Positions 32,569 to 42,409 of a stretch of DNA of 64,000 nucleotides are shown here, piece after piece (position 1 is the stretch's first letter; every line of letters starts with the position of its first letter). A model generated the notes under the pieces. It was not told the DNA's origin. It made no database searches and was given only the letters and a program-made list of their open reading frames with translations. The stretch is from Marinobacter sp. GTDB taxonomy: Bacteria; Pseudomonadota; Gammaproteobacteria; Pseudomonadales; Oleiphilaceae. The stretch spans positions 1,610 through 65,609 of the forward strand of contig NZ_JAWLHI010000007.1 of NCBI RefSeq assembly GCF_041690455.1, in the 5' to 3' direction. Both the position numbers and the translations under genes were made by a program.

Positions 32569-33177
32569 TCAGTTTTCCTCCAGGCATCGGTGTACCCAGA
32601 GCAAGGTTTCCGCCGCGAGCTGATTGGCGGTTGTGCTGAAAACCCCGACTACCTCATCCAGTTCCCCGCTCGCCGCTGGCTGGGCCAGCCGGCTGTCGCG
32701 CACACACAGGCTCTGGCGTGACCGGTTATCCAGCACTTCTGTGTGCAGCTCAATCACCACCCGCGTTTCCCCTTCGAATTTCTCCGCCTGGAAGGCAGAC
32801 AACTCGCTGATCAGCGTCAGGTCCGTGCTGGCGGCACTGGTATCGGTCACAACATTGGCAAAACCACGGCTCTGGCGCAGGGTGTCGATCAGGTAATCGC
32901 GAACCAGTATTGGTGCGCTGTCGCGCCAGCGGGCGTTGCCATACATCTGGAATTCATGGGGGGTGGGTTTGGTCAGGATGCGGGTTCCATTAACAGGCTC
33001 GGACGCCAGGGGAGTGTCCACCCTCAGGGTTCTGGCATGACGGATTTCCAGGCGCTGAACCGGGTCCACCGAGCCCAGATCCATGACACGGGGCGCCTCG
33101 GGGGTCGGGAAGATGGTACAGGCCGTCATGGCAAATGACGCTATCACCGGGATGACAACCCTAAAACAACTTCTCAT
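32569..33177 (-). CDS. PqiC-like auxiliary lipoprotein of an MCE/ABC system
   Basis: Lipobox MTAC, Y..ARW, L..ELSAFQ; last gene of the operon. Confidence 0.75.
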   Translation of the reverse strand: MRSCFRVVIPVIASFAMTACTIFPTPEAPRVMDLGSVDPVQRLEIRHARTLRVDTPLASEPVNGTRILTKPTPHEFQMYGNARWRDSAPILVRDYLIDTLRQSRGFANVVTDTSAASTDLTLISELSAFQAEKFEGETRVVIELHTEVLDNRSRQSLCVRDSRLAQPAASGELDEVVGVFSTTANQLAAETLLWVHRCLEEN

Positions 33178-34112
33178 TGCTCAACTTCCTCGATGTTGGA
33201 ACCACCCAGCAGGGTGCCTGCGGGGTTGGCCTCCAGGCGCGTAGCGAACTGGTTCAGGTTGCGCAGGGCGCTGCGCAGTTCCCGGATTGCCGGCGTCAGC
33301 TCACCCAGTCCCTGCAGACCGGCATCCAGTGCACCTTCGTTGTTCCGGGTCAGATTATCGAGGCGGGCCAGAGGCGGCTGAAGCGTGGATAGCGCCCGGT
33401 CCATGGAGTTGAGCACCGGCGCGACCTTTTCCAGCAGGATGGCATTGGCATTGTCGGACACACTGGAGACCTTGATCGCGGCTTCTTCCGCCCGCACACC
33501 GGCGGCATTGAACTGCTCCATCAGCCCCAACAGTTCTTCCCGCTGGGCCAGCAGTGAATCGGTTGCCATCCGGGTGTTATCCAGGATGCCGGCCATGTTT
33601 TCCAGATTTTTCTCGGAGAATAGCTCGTTGGCATTGGTGAGCAGAATCTCGGTTTTCTCGATCAGTGCCTCGCCATTGGTCAGCAGGCTGCTGAAGGCCG
33701 AAGGATCTGCCGTGATCAGGGGCGGGTTGCTGCGGCTTCCCTCGAGTACGGGGCTGTCTTTGGTACCACCCCGGAACTGCACACTCATACTGCCGGTGAT
33801 GTTGGCGAGAATCAGGCCCGCGTGGGTATCCTTGCGAATGGGCACTTCCTTGTCGACCCGGACCAGCACACGAACGTGACTCGGATTGTCCGGGTCCAGG
33901 GTCAACTCGAGCACCTCGCCTACCGGTACGCCGCTGTAAAGCACCGGATTGCCTTCGGAAAGGCCGGAGATCGGGTGATCGAAGCCGATCTGGTAATAGG
34001 CCCATTCGCGGTCCGCTGACGACTTTCCCAGCCAGAGCGCGAACACAAGCGCGGCGCTGACTGCCAGAACAGTGAACAAACCAATGATCACATGGTGTGC
34101 CCGGGGCTCCAT
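33174..34112 (-). CDS. MlaD/MCE-family protein
   Basis: ME.RAHHVIIGLF, GL..G.PVLYSGVPVG.V MCE domain with a long helical extension. Confidence 0.88.
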   Translation of the reverse strand: MEPRAHHVIIGLFTVLAVSAALVFALWLGKSSADREWAYYQIGFDHPISGLSEGNPVLYSGVPVGEVLELTLDPDNPSHVRVLVRVDKEVPIRKDTHAGLILANITGSMSVQFRGGTKDSPVLEGSRSNPPLITADPSAFSSLLTNGEALIEKTEILLTNANELFSEKNLENMAGILDNTRMATDSLLAQREELLGLMEQFNAAGVRAEEAAIKVSSVSDNANAILLEKVAPVLNSMDRALSTLQPPLARLDNLTRNNEGALDAGLQGLGELTPAIRELRSALRNLNQFATRLEANPAGTLLGGSNIEEVEQ

Positions 34113-34948
34113 CAGACGCTCTCTCCCTGTTGCCTCGGTGTTCGATCAGCCGCGGCGTAGCTCGCGGCCCGGCCTCGTGGGCCATTGAAGTATTCCTGTA
34201 TCCATTCATCCGGGTTGGCGGCAACGGTTTCCAGGGTGTCTGCCACCAGCACCCGCTTTTGTGATAACACGGCGACCCGGTCACAGGTGGAGTAAAGGGT
34301 GTCCAGGTCATGTGTGACCAGGAAAACCGTCAGGCCCAGGGCATTGCGGAGGGTTACGATCAGCTCATCGAAAGCCGCCGCGCCAATCGGGTCCAGACCC
34401 GCCGTGGGCTCATCCAGAAACAGGATCTCCGGGTCCAGGGCCAGCGCCCGTGCCAGGCTCGCACGTTTGACCATACCACCGGACAGTTCCGCTGGATACT
34501 TGAGGGCTGCATCCGTTGGCAGTCCGGTCAGGGCAAGTTTCATGCGTGCCACCCGCTCGGCATCCGGGCGCTTGAGCCCGGCATGTTCGATCAGCGGAAC
34601 GGCGATGTTTTCCTGGAGGTTCAGCGAGGTAAACAGCGCGCCTCCCTGAAACAGGACACCAAACCGCTGCTCCATTCTGGAACGGGCCCTTGGAGATAGG
34701 GCGTCCAGCGTTTGGCCCAAGACACGGATGTCACCGGATGTGGGTTTGCGCAGACCGATGATGCTGCGCAGCAGCACCGATTTCCCGGTCCCGGAACCAC
34801 CCACGACGCCGAGGATTTCTCCCCGGTACAGATCCAGGTCCAGATCCTCGTGGACAACGGGTTCCCCGAAACGGTTGCAGAGGTTGCTGACCTCGATAAT
34901 CGCTTCCGCATCATGCTGTGACTGCCTGGTGCCTTCTACTGCCGCCAT
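34112..34948 (-). CDS. ABC ATP-binding protein (MlaF-like)
   Basis: GGSGTGKS, LSGGM, FLDEPTAGLD, VTHD. Confidence 0.9.
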   Translation of the reverse strand: MAAVEGTRQSQHDAEAIIEVSNLCNRFGEPVVHEDLDLDLYRGEILGVVGGSGTGKSVLLRSIIGLRKPTSGDIRVLGQTLDALSPRARSRMEQRFGVLFQGGALFTSLNLQENIAVPLIEHAGLKRPDAERVARMKLALTGLPTDAALKYPAELSGGMVKRASLARALALDPEILFLDEPTAGLDPIGAAAFDELIVTLRNALGLTVFLVTHDLDTLYSTCDRVAVLSQKRVLVADTLETVAANPDEWIQEYFNGPRGRAASYAAADRTPRQQGESV

Positions 34949-34951
34949 CGC

Positions 34952-36115
34952 TTACCACCCCATTTCCATAAAGAATAGCGCAGCAATGGCATCCAGCAGT
35001 ATTACGATGAAGATGGACTGCACCACGCTGGAGGTGGTGTGTTCGCCCACCGATTGGGCGCTGCCGCCTACCTTGAAACCTTCCAGGCAGCCGATGACGG
35101 CGATCAGGAAGGCAAAGACAGGTGCCTTGGAGATGCCCACCAGGAAATGGCGCAGGGCGATGTCCCGCTCAACAATGGCCAGGAACTGGGTGAGGGTGAT
35201 ATCCAGTGACAGTACGCACACCAGGGCACCGCCCACCATGCCGGCCATCATGCCGACAAAGGTCAGGATCGGAAGGCTGATCATCATGGCCAGGACACGG
35301 GGCAGCACCAGCAGTTCAATGGGGCTGAGCCCCAGGGTGCGGATGGCATCCAGCTCCTCGTTGACCTTCATGGCGCCGATATGGGCGGTGAACGAACTGG
35401 CAGTGCGGCCTGCCAGCAGGATGGCGGCGAGCAGCACACCGAATTCCCGCAGGAACGAGAAGGCCACCAGGTTGACGGTGTAAATGGTGGCACCGAAATC
35501 CTCCAGTACCGTGGCACCGAGAAAGGCGACGACGGCACCAACGAGAAAGGTCAGCAGGGCAACGATAGGCAAGGCATTCAAGCCGGTGTCTTGGATGGCG
35601 GCGACAAACGGCGTTATCCGCCAGCGTTTCGGCCGCGGCAGCACCCAGGCCATGGTGGCAAGGGTCTGGCCGATGAACCCGAGCAACACCCAGACCAGAT
35701 GGCCGAGCGCTTCCACTTGCTGGCCGGTGTGACCCAGGAACAGGCGAATCGGTGAAACCTTGGGCGGTACCGGTTCCTGCCAGTCTTCCAGGGATCGGGC
35801 TACGGCCAGCAGCAGCGCCGCCTTTTCCTCCGCCAGGGTCTCTTGCGCGGCAACATGCTGCTCCAGGGTTGCTGGTCCGAGAAAGGATGCCAGTACCGAG
35901 GCCCCGGCCGTGTCGATGTGCTCCAAAGCCGAAAGGTCCAGTCTCTTGGGAGACCTGGCCCCTGTGGGGAGTGCGGCCAGCTGCTGCAACAGCGAGTGAT
36001 AGCCCGAAAGGATCCAGTCGCCGGCAATGGTCAGCCCGCCGGACTCGAACACGGCGTTACCGGGCCGGGATTCGGTAGAGTCATGTGCCTGGGACTGGGA
36101 AGCGTGTGGTTCCAT
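34952..36115 (-). CDS. MlaE-family permease with an N-terminal STAS-like domain
   Basis: L.HIDTAGA (STAS), REFG.LL.AIL.AGR..S.F.A.IGAMKVNEELDA. Confidence 0.9.
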   Translation of the reverse strand: MEPHASQSQAHDSTESRPGNAVFESGGLTIAGDWILSGYHSLLQQLAALPTGARSPKRLDLSALEHIDTAGASVLASFLGPATLEQHVAAQETLAEEKAALLLAVARSLEDWQEPVPPKVSPIRLFLGHTGQQVEALGHLVWVLLGFIGQTLATMAWVLPRPKRWRITPFVAAIQDTGLNALPIVALLTFLVGAVVAFLGATVLEDFGATIYTVNLVAFSFLREFGVLLAAILLAGRTASSFTAHIGAMKVNEELDAIRTLGLSPIELLVLPRVLAMMISLPILTFVGMMAGMVGGALVCVLSLDITLTQFLAIVERDIALRHFLVGISKAPVFAFLIAVIGCLEGFKVGGSAQSVGEHTTSSVVQSIFIVILLDAIAALFFMEMGW

Positions 36116-36168
36116 CTTTGGATACGTCCGGGCCTCGGGAAGTTATTGAATATCAAGCTAATGACAGC

Positions 36169-36783
36169 TTAGAGATTCAACTGCTTATCCGCCAGTATCT
36201 TTCGATCTTCCGCATCGTGGCTGGCCAGGACCAGAACTTTGCCAGCAGCCTTGTGCCGGAGCAGCAAGGACCGTAACTGGGTACGTGCCTCCGCATCCAG
36301 GCCCGTCAGAGGCTCATCCAGAAGCAGGATGGGCTGGTCCCGCAGCAGGGCGCGAAGCAGTGCCACACGCTGACGTTGCCCGCCGGACAGGTCCCCGGGC
36401 ATGCGACTTTCAAAGCCGGCCATGCCGACGCTGGCAAGCCCTTTGACGATAGTCTGTTTCTGCTCCGTACTCAGCCTGAGTCCGGGATGCATGCCCAGGC
36501 CAATGTTGGTCTGTACGTCCAGGTGTTCGAACAGGTTATGCTCCTGGAACAGGCTGGTTACCGGTCGATTCCAGGGTGCCAGGTTATTCAGTAAGTCTCC
36601 TTCCCAGCGAATGGTGCCGGATTCCGGAGTCAGGAAGCCGGCGAGCAGGTTCAGGAGGGTGGATTTCCCGGAACCGCTGGGGCCGTTAATAGCAATGCAT
36701 TGCCCATGGTCGACATGGAAGGTGAATCGCCAGGTGGTTTCCGTGTCCGGGTAGCGGAAGGTCAGGTCCTTCACATCAAGCAT
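36169..36783 (-). CDS. thiQ: Thiamine ABC transporter ATPase
   Basis: GPSGSGKSTLLNL, LFQEHNLFEHL, LSGGQRQR, LLDEP; within the TPP-regulated operon. Confidence 0.9.
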   Translation of the reverse strand: MLDVKDLTFRYPDTETTWRFTFHVDHGQCIAINGPSGSGKSTLLNLLAGFLTPESGTIRWEGDLLNNLAPWNRPVTSLFQEHNLFEHLDVQTNIGLGMHPGLRLSTEQKQTIVKGLASVGMAGFESRMPGDLSGGQRQRVALLRALLRDQPILLLDEPLTGLDAEARTQLRSLLLRHKAAGKVLVLASHDAEDRKILADKQLNL

Positions 36784-38458
36784 GGCGGGCCTCTGCAAGA
36801 GTTTTTAGCGCATCGTGCTGATGTCTGCGCTGTTTGCGTCTGTAACCGGGCAAATTGAATGCTGCAAAGACCAGCAGCAGCAAAGTTACCAGCCACAGGG
36901 CGGTGCCGGCCGCAAGTTCCATGCGATAACTGCCCAGTTGCTGGTAAAGCAGCACCGGCACCGTGGGCTGTCCCGGCGTGCCGAACAAGGCAATCACACC
37001 GAAGTCTCCCAGGGACAGGCCGGTGCCATAGGCCATGGCCAGAGCGAGTGGGCGCTTGAGGCGGGGCCAGTGCAGCCACCGCCAGCGATACCACCCTAAT
37101 AATCCAAGCTGGTCCGCCTGCCGTGCCGTAGGCTCATCCAGGCCCGTTAGCGGGCCTTTCAGAAGTTGGGTGACAAAAGGCAGGGCCATCAGGCCATTGA
37201 TCAGGGCGACCAGTGCCAGGCCCTGAAAGGAGTGTCCCAGGGCCGGACGGAAAAGCAGGAAAAGGCCGGTGCCCAGCACGATGGGGGGGACCATGAGCGG
37301 TACCGCGGTTGCGACCGAGGATAACCTGGAGAGGTTTGTGCCACCCCGAGTGGCGAGGGCCAGCACAAGGAGTGCCGACAGAACCGAGAACACGCCGGCG
37401 GGGAGGGCGATGGCGAAGCTCCGCAGCGTTGCGTCCGCCAGATCAGCCAGAGGGTTACCGCCGTCAACTGCAACAGTGACAAGCCCCGGCAGGCCCCGAA
37501 ACAGGATTGCAGCAAGCGGTAGAAGGAGAAAGAGGGTAAAGCACAGAAGCAGCACCACATCGCGAAACCGCACAATGCCCTGGCTATCTGGTCGGGGGAT
37601 GGCTTCTGAAAAACGCCGTTCCGGCGACAGGTTAGCGGACAAACCTCGACGCACCATCAGGAGCCAGATGGCGCCACAAATGGTCAGCTGTACAATCGCC
37701 AGCAGGGCCGCCCGACCGAAGTCGAATTCAAAGCGCAGAGACTGGTAAATCGCCACTTCCAGGGTAGTGGAAGCAGGACCGCCGCCGAGCGTCATGACGA
37801 TGGCAAAGCTGGTAAAGCAGAGGGTAAATACCAGGGCTGCGATGCCCGGCAACACCCGGCGCACGGCCGGCCAGTCCAGGATGCGCCAGAGCCACCAGCC
37901 TGTCAGACCGAGCTGGCTGGCGACGCGTCGCCGGGGCGCGGGGACTGATTCCAGTGCCTGGAGCAGAATACGGCCCGCCAACGGGGCATTGAAGAATACG
38001 TGGGCCAGCACGATGCCGTTAAGTCCGTAGAGATTCCAGCGGACTGTGGTCCAGTGTTCAACCACCGAGGTCAGCCAGCCGTGCCGGCCATAGACCCCCA
38101 CCAGCCCCGATACCGCCACGATCGTTGGCAGAACCAGGCTCAGCTCCATTATTCGTAACAGCAGGTTCCTGCCCGGGAACCGGGGCTGTCTGACCAGGGC
38201 AAGCGCAATGAACAGCCCCAGACCCAGGCTGAGGACTGTGGACAGGATGGCCTGCCAGACCGTGAAGCGGATGACATTGCTGAGATAACGGTTCTGCCAG
38301 AGCTCGGACATTTCCGGCAGTTGGGCCTGCCAAAGCAGCGCGGCCACGCCGGCGATGGTCAATGCCAGCAGGCTGCCGGCGATGATCAGGCCAGGGCCGA
38401 TCTGCCAGCCCGGGTGGCTGAATGGTGCCTGGGTGGCTCTGAACGGGAATTGACGCAT
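36776..38458 (-). CDS. thiP: Thiamine ABC transporter permease
   Basis: FTVWQA.LST, YG..GW, AHVFFNAPL, GGGP..TTLEVAIYQ, SLGDFG. Confidence 0.92.
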   Translation of the reverse strand: MRQFPFRATQAPFSHPGWQIGPGLIIAGSLLALTIAGVAALLWQAQLPEMSELWQNRYLSNVIRFTVWQAILSTVLSLGLGLFIALALVRQPRFPGRNLLLRIMELSLVLPTIVAVSGLVGVYGRHGWLTSVVEHWTTVRWNLYGLNGIVLAHVFFNAPLAGRILLQALESVPAPRRRVASQLGLTGWWLWRILDWPAVRRVLPGIAALVFTLCFTSFAIVMTLGGGPASTTLEVAIYQSLRFEFDFGRAALLAIVQLTICGAIWLLMVRRGLSANLSPERRFSEAIPRPDSQGIVRFRDVVLLLCFTLFLLLPLAAILFRGLPGLVTVAVDGGNPLADLADATLRSFAIALPAGVFSVLSALLVLALATRGGTNLSRLSSVATAVPLMVPPIVLGTGLFLLFRPALGHSFQGLALVALINGLMALPFVTQLLKGPLTGLDEPTARQADQLGLLGWYRWRWLHWPRLKRPLALAMAYGTGLSLGDFGVIALFGTPGQPTVPVLLYQQLGSYRMELAAGTALWLVTLLLLVFAAFNLPGYRRKQRRHQHDALKTLAEARHA

Positions 38459-39462
38459 TATGGGATCATGGCGTTGAGCCATTCATCCAGCCAGGGTTTG
38501 CGTTTTTCAGCGACGATGGCCGGATCGATAAACAGGGTAGTGTCCGGCTGGATCAGGCGATCGAACACCTCGGGTAACTCATCCCCCAGATCGATGGCCG
38601 GGTACATCACGTTTTTCAGGGGAATATGGCGCTGGAAGTCCGCTGTCAGGATGAACTGCAGAAATTCCCGGGCCAGCGCTTTCTGGTCCGAGGGTTCAAC
38701 CAGTGCCGCCACTTCCACCTGCATGTAATGCCCCTCCTCGAATTCCGCCGCCTGGTAGCGGTCGGTCTTGTCGATGGCCATGTGGTAGGCCGGAGAGGTG
38801 GAGTAGGAGAGAATCATGGGCGCTTCACCGTTCATGAACAGCGAGAAGTAGCCATCACTCCAGCTCTTTGTAGTCGTCAGAATGTTGTCACTGAGGGCTT
38901 GCCACTTTTCGCCGGCCTGGTCGCCGTAGACGGCCTTCATCCAGAGCAGCAGGCCAAGGCCCGGTGAGCTGGTCCGTGGATCCTGGATGATGATCTGGAG
39001 TTCTTCCGGGGCGTTGACCAGTTCCTCCAGGCTTTTCGGAGGGTTGGGCAACTGTTCGGTGTCATAGACGAAGGCAAAATAGCCCCAGTCGTAGGGCACG
39101 AACAGGGAATCCTGCCAGTCGACGGGCAGATCAAGAGACTCGAGTCCGATGCTGTGCGGGGCGAGCAGGCCGGTCTGGCGGGCGGTTTCCATGGTGCCGG
39201 TGTCCAGCCCGAGAACCACGTCTGCGTCGGTGGAATTCCCCTCAAGGCGGAGCCGCTGGAGTATGTCGCCGCCGCTATCAAGGACCACATATTCAAGGGT
39301 GCAGCTGCAGTGTTGCTCGAACGCTTCCTTGACGCCCGGTCCGGGTCCCCATTCTGCGGCGAATGATGGATGGGTGTAGACGGTCAGGGTCTCGTTGCCC
39401 TGGGAACTGGCCAGCAGGGGCAGCGCGATGCCAGCGAAGAGGGTCAGGGGGCGTCTCAGCAT
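38458..39462 (-). CDS. thiB: Thiamine ABC transporter substrate-binding protein
   Basis: LTVYT..SF.AEWGPG, ADVVLGLD, PYDWGYFAFVY, DPRTSSPGLG, SYSTSPAYH; directly below the TPP riboswitch. Confidence 0.94.
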   Translation of the reverse strand: MLRRPLTLFAGIALPLLASSQGNETLTVYTHPSFAAEWGPGPGVKEAFEQHCSCTLEYVVLDSGGDILQRLRLEGNSTDADVVLGLDTGTMETARQTGLLAPHSIGLESLDLPVDWQDSLFVPYDWGYFAFVYDTEQLPNPPKSLEELVNAPEELQIIIQDPRTSSPGLGLLLWMKAVYGDQAGEKWQALSDNILTTTKSWSDGYFSLFMNGEAPMILSYSTSPAYHMAIDKTDRYQAAEFEEGHYMQVEVAALVEPSDQKALAREFLQFILTADFQRHIPLKNVMYPAIDLGDELPEVFDRLIQPDTTLFIDPAIVAEKRKPWLDEWLNAMIP

Positions 39463-39522
39463 GGCTCGTATCCTCGGATTCGATGTGGGGAACCATGCCG
39501 CGGTTTCACCGGTGCGGTGAAT

Positions 39523-39612
39523 ACTCAATCCCTTCGCCGGTACGAGCCGGATCAGGTTCCGCGGGTATGGTCTCAGCCCTCCATTCTTCGTGGGAAGGGC
39601 ACCCCGTTGAGT
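39523..39612 (-). ncRNA. TPP riboswitch
   Basis: Minus strand reads ACTCAACGGGGTGC...GCTGAGA-CCATACCC..GAACCTGATCCGG..TACCGGCGAAGGGATTGAGT, with P1 pairing ACTCAA/TTGAGT, upstream of thiB. Confidence 0.93.
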
Positions 39613-39764
39613 GACGCACAGTATAACACGCCAGCCCCTATCGCCTGCCAGTCATCGAATTTACCTATCAGCGTCATTGTGTCGCATATAGCCATAAGAC
39701 CTATGCTTAGAACAAAAAGTATGGTTTAGTGTGTGACGTAACGACAGACACTCCCCACGGAGGA

Positions 39765-40637
39765 ATGACTATGCAAATGCCTGTAGTCACACATTTCTTT
39801 GATGAACCTACCAATACGTTCAGTTACGTAGTAAAAGATCCCGAAAGCAAGGCCTGCGCCATCGTGGATTCCGTGCTGGATTTCGACTACGCCGCCGGCC
39901 GGACCGATGTCCGTTCTGCCGACGAAATCATCCGCTTCATAAACGATGGCGGACTGAAGGTCGAGTGGATACTCGAAACCCACGTTCACGCTGACCATCT
40001 TTCTGCAGCGCCTTACCTGCAGGAACAGCTCGGTGGCAAGACCGGCATCGGCCAGAAGATCGTCGACGTGCAGGAAATTTTCGGCAAAGCCTTTAATGCC
40101 GGAACCGAGTTTGCCCGTGACGGCAGCCAGTTTGATCGGCTGTTCGAGGAAGGGGATACCTTCCAGATCGGCAACCTCGAAGGGCAGGTGTTGCATACTC
40201 CGGGCCATACGCCCGCGTGCCTGACCTACGTTATCGGTGACGCAGCCTTTGTCGGCGACACCCTGTTTGCGCCGGATTCCGGCACCGCCCGTTGTGACTT
40301 TCCCGGCGGTGACGCTCACACCCTTTATCGCTCTGTCCAGAAGGTTCTGGCCCTGTCCGGTGAGACGCGGATCTTCCTGTGCCACGACTACAAGGCACCG
40401 GGCCGGGACGAGTTCCAGCATGAGACAACCGTTGCCGAGCAACGGGCCAGCAATATCCACGTTCGCGAAGGTATGACCGAGGATGATTTCGTCCGGCTCC
40501 GGACCGAACGGGACGCCACGCTCAACATGCCCCGACTGATCCTGCCGTCGGTGCAGGTGAACATGCGGGCCGGTGAGATGCCCCCCGCTGAGGACAACGG
40601 ACAGGTATACCTGAAAGTACCTATCAACCGCTTCTGA
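39765..40637 (+). CDS. pdo: Persulfide dioxygenase, Blh-like MBL fold (start 39765 or 39771)
   Basis: FFDEPTNTFSYVV, LETHVHADH, TPGHTPAC, GDTLF..GTARCDF, LCHDY, LILPSVQVN. Confidence 0.85.
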   Translation: MTMQMPVVTHFFDEPTNTFSYVVKDPESKACAIVDSVLDFDYAAGRTDVRSADEIIRFINDGGLKVEWILETHVHADHLSAAPYLQEQLGGKTGIGQKIVDVQEIFGKAFNAGTEFARDGSQFDRLFEEGDTFQIGNLEGQVLHTPGHTPACLTYVIGDAAFVGDTLFAPDSGTARCDFPGGDAHTLYRSVQKVLALSGETRIFLCHDYKAPGRDEFQHETTVAEQRASNIHVREGMTEDDFVRLRTERDATLNMPRLILPSVQVNMRAGEMPPAEDNGQVYLKVPINRF

Positions 40638-40650
40638 CAGAGGGGACGCC

Positions 40651-41067
40651 ATGAAGATTCATTATCTTGAACCGGAGTTCGCGGTTGCCGATACCGTGGC
40701 TATCGAGGATCTCCTTGAAATCCGGGAAAAAGGTTTCCGGACGGTTATCTGTAACCGGCGTCCGGGCGAGGAAGGTTACGCGGGTGAGGCAGCCTACGCA
40801 GAAGCGGCCGCAAAAGCCGGCCTTGACTGGGTATGTGTCCCGGTAGCATCCGGCGAGTATTCCGAAGCAGATGTGGAAGAGTTCGGAAAAGCGCTGGAAA
40901 GTGTGCCTTCGCCAATCCTCGGGTTCTGCCGGACCGGCCGTCGCGCCGTTCACATGTGGGCCCAGGCTCGCGCCCGGGAACCACAGTGCAGTATCCCGAT
41001 GCTCCTCAAGGCGGCCCATGAGGCCGGTCATGATCCTCAGCCCATCCGGGAACTGCTGGAAAAGTAA
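40651..41067 (+). CDS. DUF442/TIGR01244-family sulfurtransferase
   Basis: GFRTVICNRRPGEE, GFCRTGRRA (CxxGxR loop). Confidence 0.88.
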   Translation: MKIHYLEPEFAVADTVAIEDLLEIREKGFRTVICNRRPGEEGYAGEAAYAEAAAKAGLDWVCVPVASGEYSEADVEEFGKALESVPSPILGFCRTGRRAVHMWAQARAREPQCSIPMLLKAAHEAGHDPQPIRELLEK

Positions 41068-41128
41068 CGTTTGAATATTGAGCTCGACGGACAGGGAGGT
41101 CCCTTGCTATTGCGGAGTTGAAGACCAG

Positions 41129-42391
41129 ATGAAATCAAATCAAGACCTCGACCAATCCTCCCTGAAATACCATGATGTGGTTATCATTGGGGCCGGGGCT
41201 GGCGGAATTGCGACCGCTGCAAGCCTGTTGAAACGCCAGAAGGACCTGGACATCGCAATCATTGATTCCTGTGAAATTCATTATTACCAGCCGGGCTGGA
41301 CCATGGTTGGTGGCGGTGTGTTTTCCGCCGAAAGCACACGACGCAAGACCGAATCCGTCATTCCCCGGGGTTGCCACTGGTATCGGGTGACAGCGGAGCA
41401 TGTGGACCCTGAGGCCCAAGTGGTTACACTGACTGATCGCCGGCGTATCGGCTATCAACGGCTGGTGGTGGCCCCCGGTCTGGTACTGGACTGGGGCGAG
41501 GTAGCAGGTCTTGAAGAAACTCTCGGCCAGAACGGCGTTACTTCAAACTATCGCTACGATCTCGCACCCTATACCTGGTCGTTGGTGGAACAGCTTGAAA
41601 AAGGCAAGGCCCTGTTTGTGCAGCCCCCGATGCCGATCAAATGTGCCGGTGCTCCCCAGAAGGCCATGTACCTGTCAGCTGATGAGTGGCGCCGCAAAGG
41701 CCGGCTGAATAGCATCGATGTTTCCTACCATTCCGCGGGCCAGGTGCTCTTCGGTGTCGAGGATTACGTGCCCGAGCTGCAGAAATATGTGGATCGCTAC
41801 GGGATCGACCTGCGTTTTGAAGAACGTCTCATTGCTGTTGATGGTAAGGATAAGATCGCTCATTTTGTAAAGCGCACTGGAGATCTGCAGGAAATCGTTG
41901 ATCGCCCGTTTGATATGCTTCATGTTGTTCCTGCCCAGCGCGCCCCTCACTTTATAGCTGAATCAGGGCTGGCCAACTCAGAGGGCTGGACCGATCTCGA
42001 TTCAGAAACCCTCCAGCATGTCCGATACCCATCAATATTCGGGCTGGGGGATGCCAGCGGAACACCTAATGCCAAAACAATGGCGGCGGTGCGAAAGCAG
42101 GCCCCGGTGGTGGCGGCAAATCTCGTTGCCTCACTGCTGGATCAAGAGCTTCCTGCCGCCTATCTCGGCTATGGCTCCTGTCCGCTGACGGTAGAGCGGG
42201 GCAGGATCGTCCTTGCCGAATTCGGCTATGGCGGCAAGCTCCAGCCGAGCTTCCCGAGCTGGATCAATGACGGCACCAAGGCAACCCGAATGGCCTGGTG
42301 GTTGAAGGCGAAGCAGCTGCCCTGGCTTTACTGGAACGGGATGCTCAAGGGTCGGGAATGGATGGCGGCACCAGCCGCACGAAAGGTCTGA
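41129..42391 (+). CDS. sqr: Sulfide:quinone oxidoreductase (type II-like)
   Basis: IIGAGAGG, YYQPGWT, KCAGAPQK, GLGDA, YGSCP, LAEFGY. Confidence 0.88.
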   Translation: MKSNQDLDQSSLKYHDVVIIGAGAGGIATAASLLKRQKDLDIAIIDSCEIHYYQPGWTMVGGGVFSAESTRRKTESVIPRGCHWYRVTAEHVDPEAQVVTLTDRRRIGYQRLVVAPGLVLDWGEVAGLEETLGQNGVTSNYRYDLAPYTWSLVEQLEKGKALFVQPPMPIKCAGAPQKAMYLSADEWRRKGRLNSIDVSYHSAGQVLFGVEDYVPELQKYVDRYGIDLRFEERLIAVDGKDKIAHFVKRTGDLQEIVDRPFDMLHVVPAQRAPHFIAESGLANSEGWTDLDSETLQHVRYPSIFGLGDASGTPNAKTMAAVRKQAPVVAANLVASLLDQELPAAYLGYGSCPLTVERGRIVLAEFGYGGKLQPSFPSWINDGTKATRMAWWLKAKQLPWLYWNGMLKGREWMAAPAARKV

Positions 42392-42409
42392 TATCAGGGA
42401 GTGAGAAAC

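Noticed and set aside
32569-36115. MlaE-STAS/MlaF/MCE/PqiC operon as a novel system
   Set aside because: It is a widespread, known MCE transporter architecture.
39685-39705. ATAG..CTAT palindrome upstream of pdo as an OxyR/LysR site
   Set aside because: The spacing is 9 nt rather than 7 and there is no second half-site; too weak to call.
40651-42391. Possible frameshifted DUF442-SQR fusion (pseudogene)
   Set aside because: Both ORFs look complete with their own starts, no slippery site was seen, and split arrangements are common.
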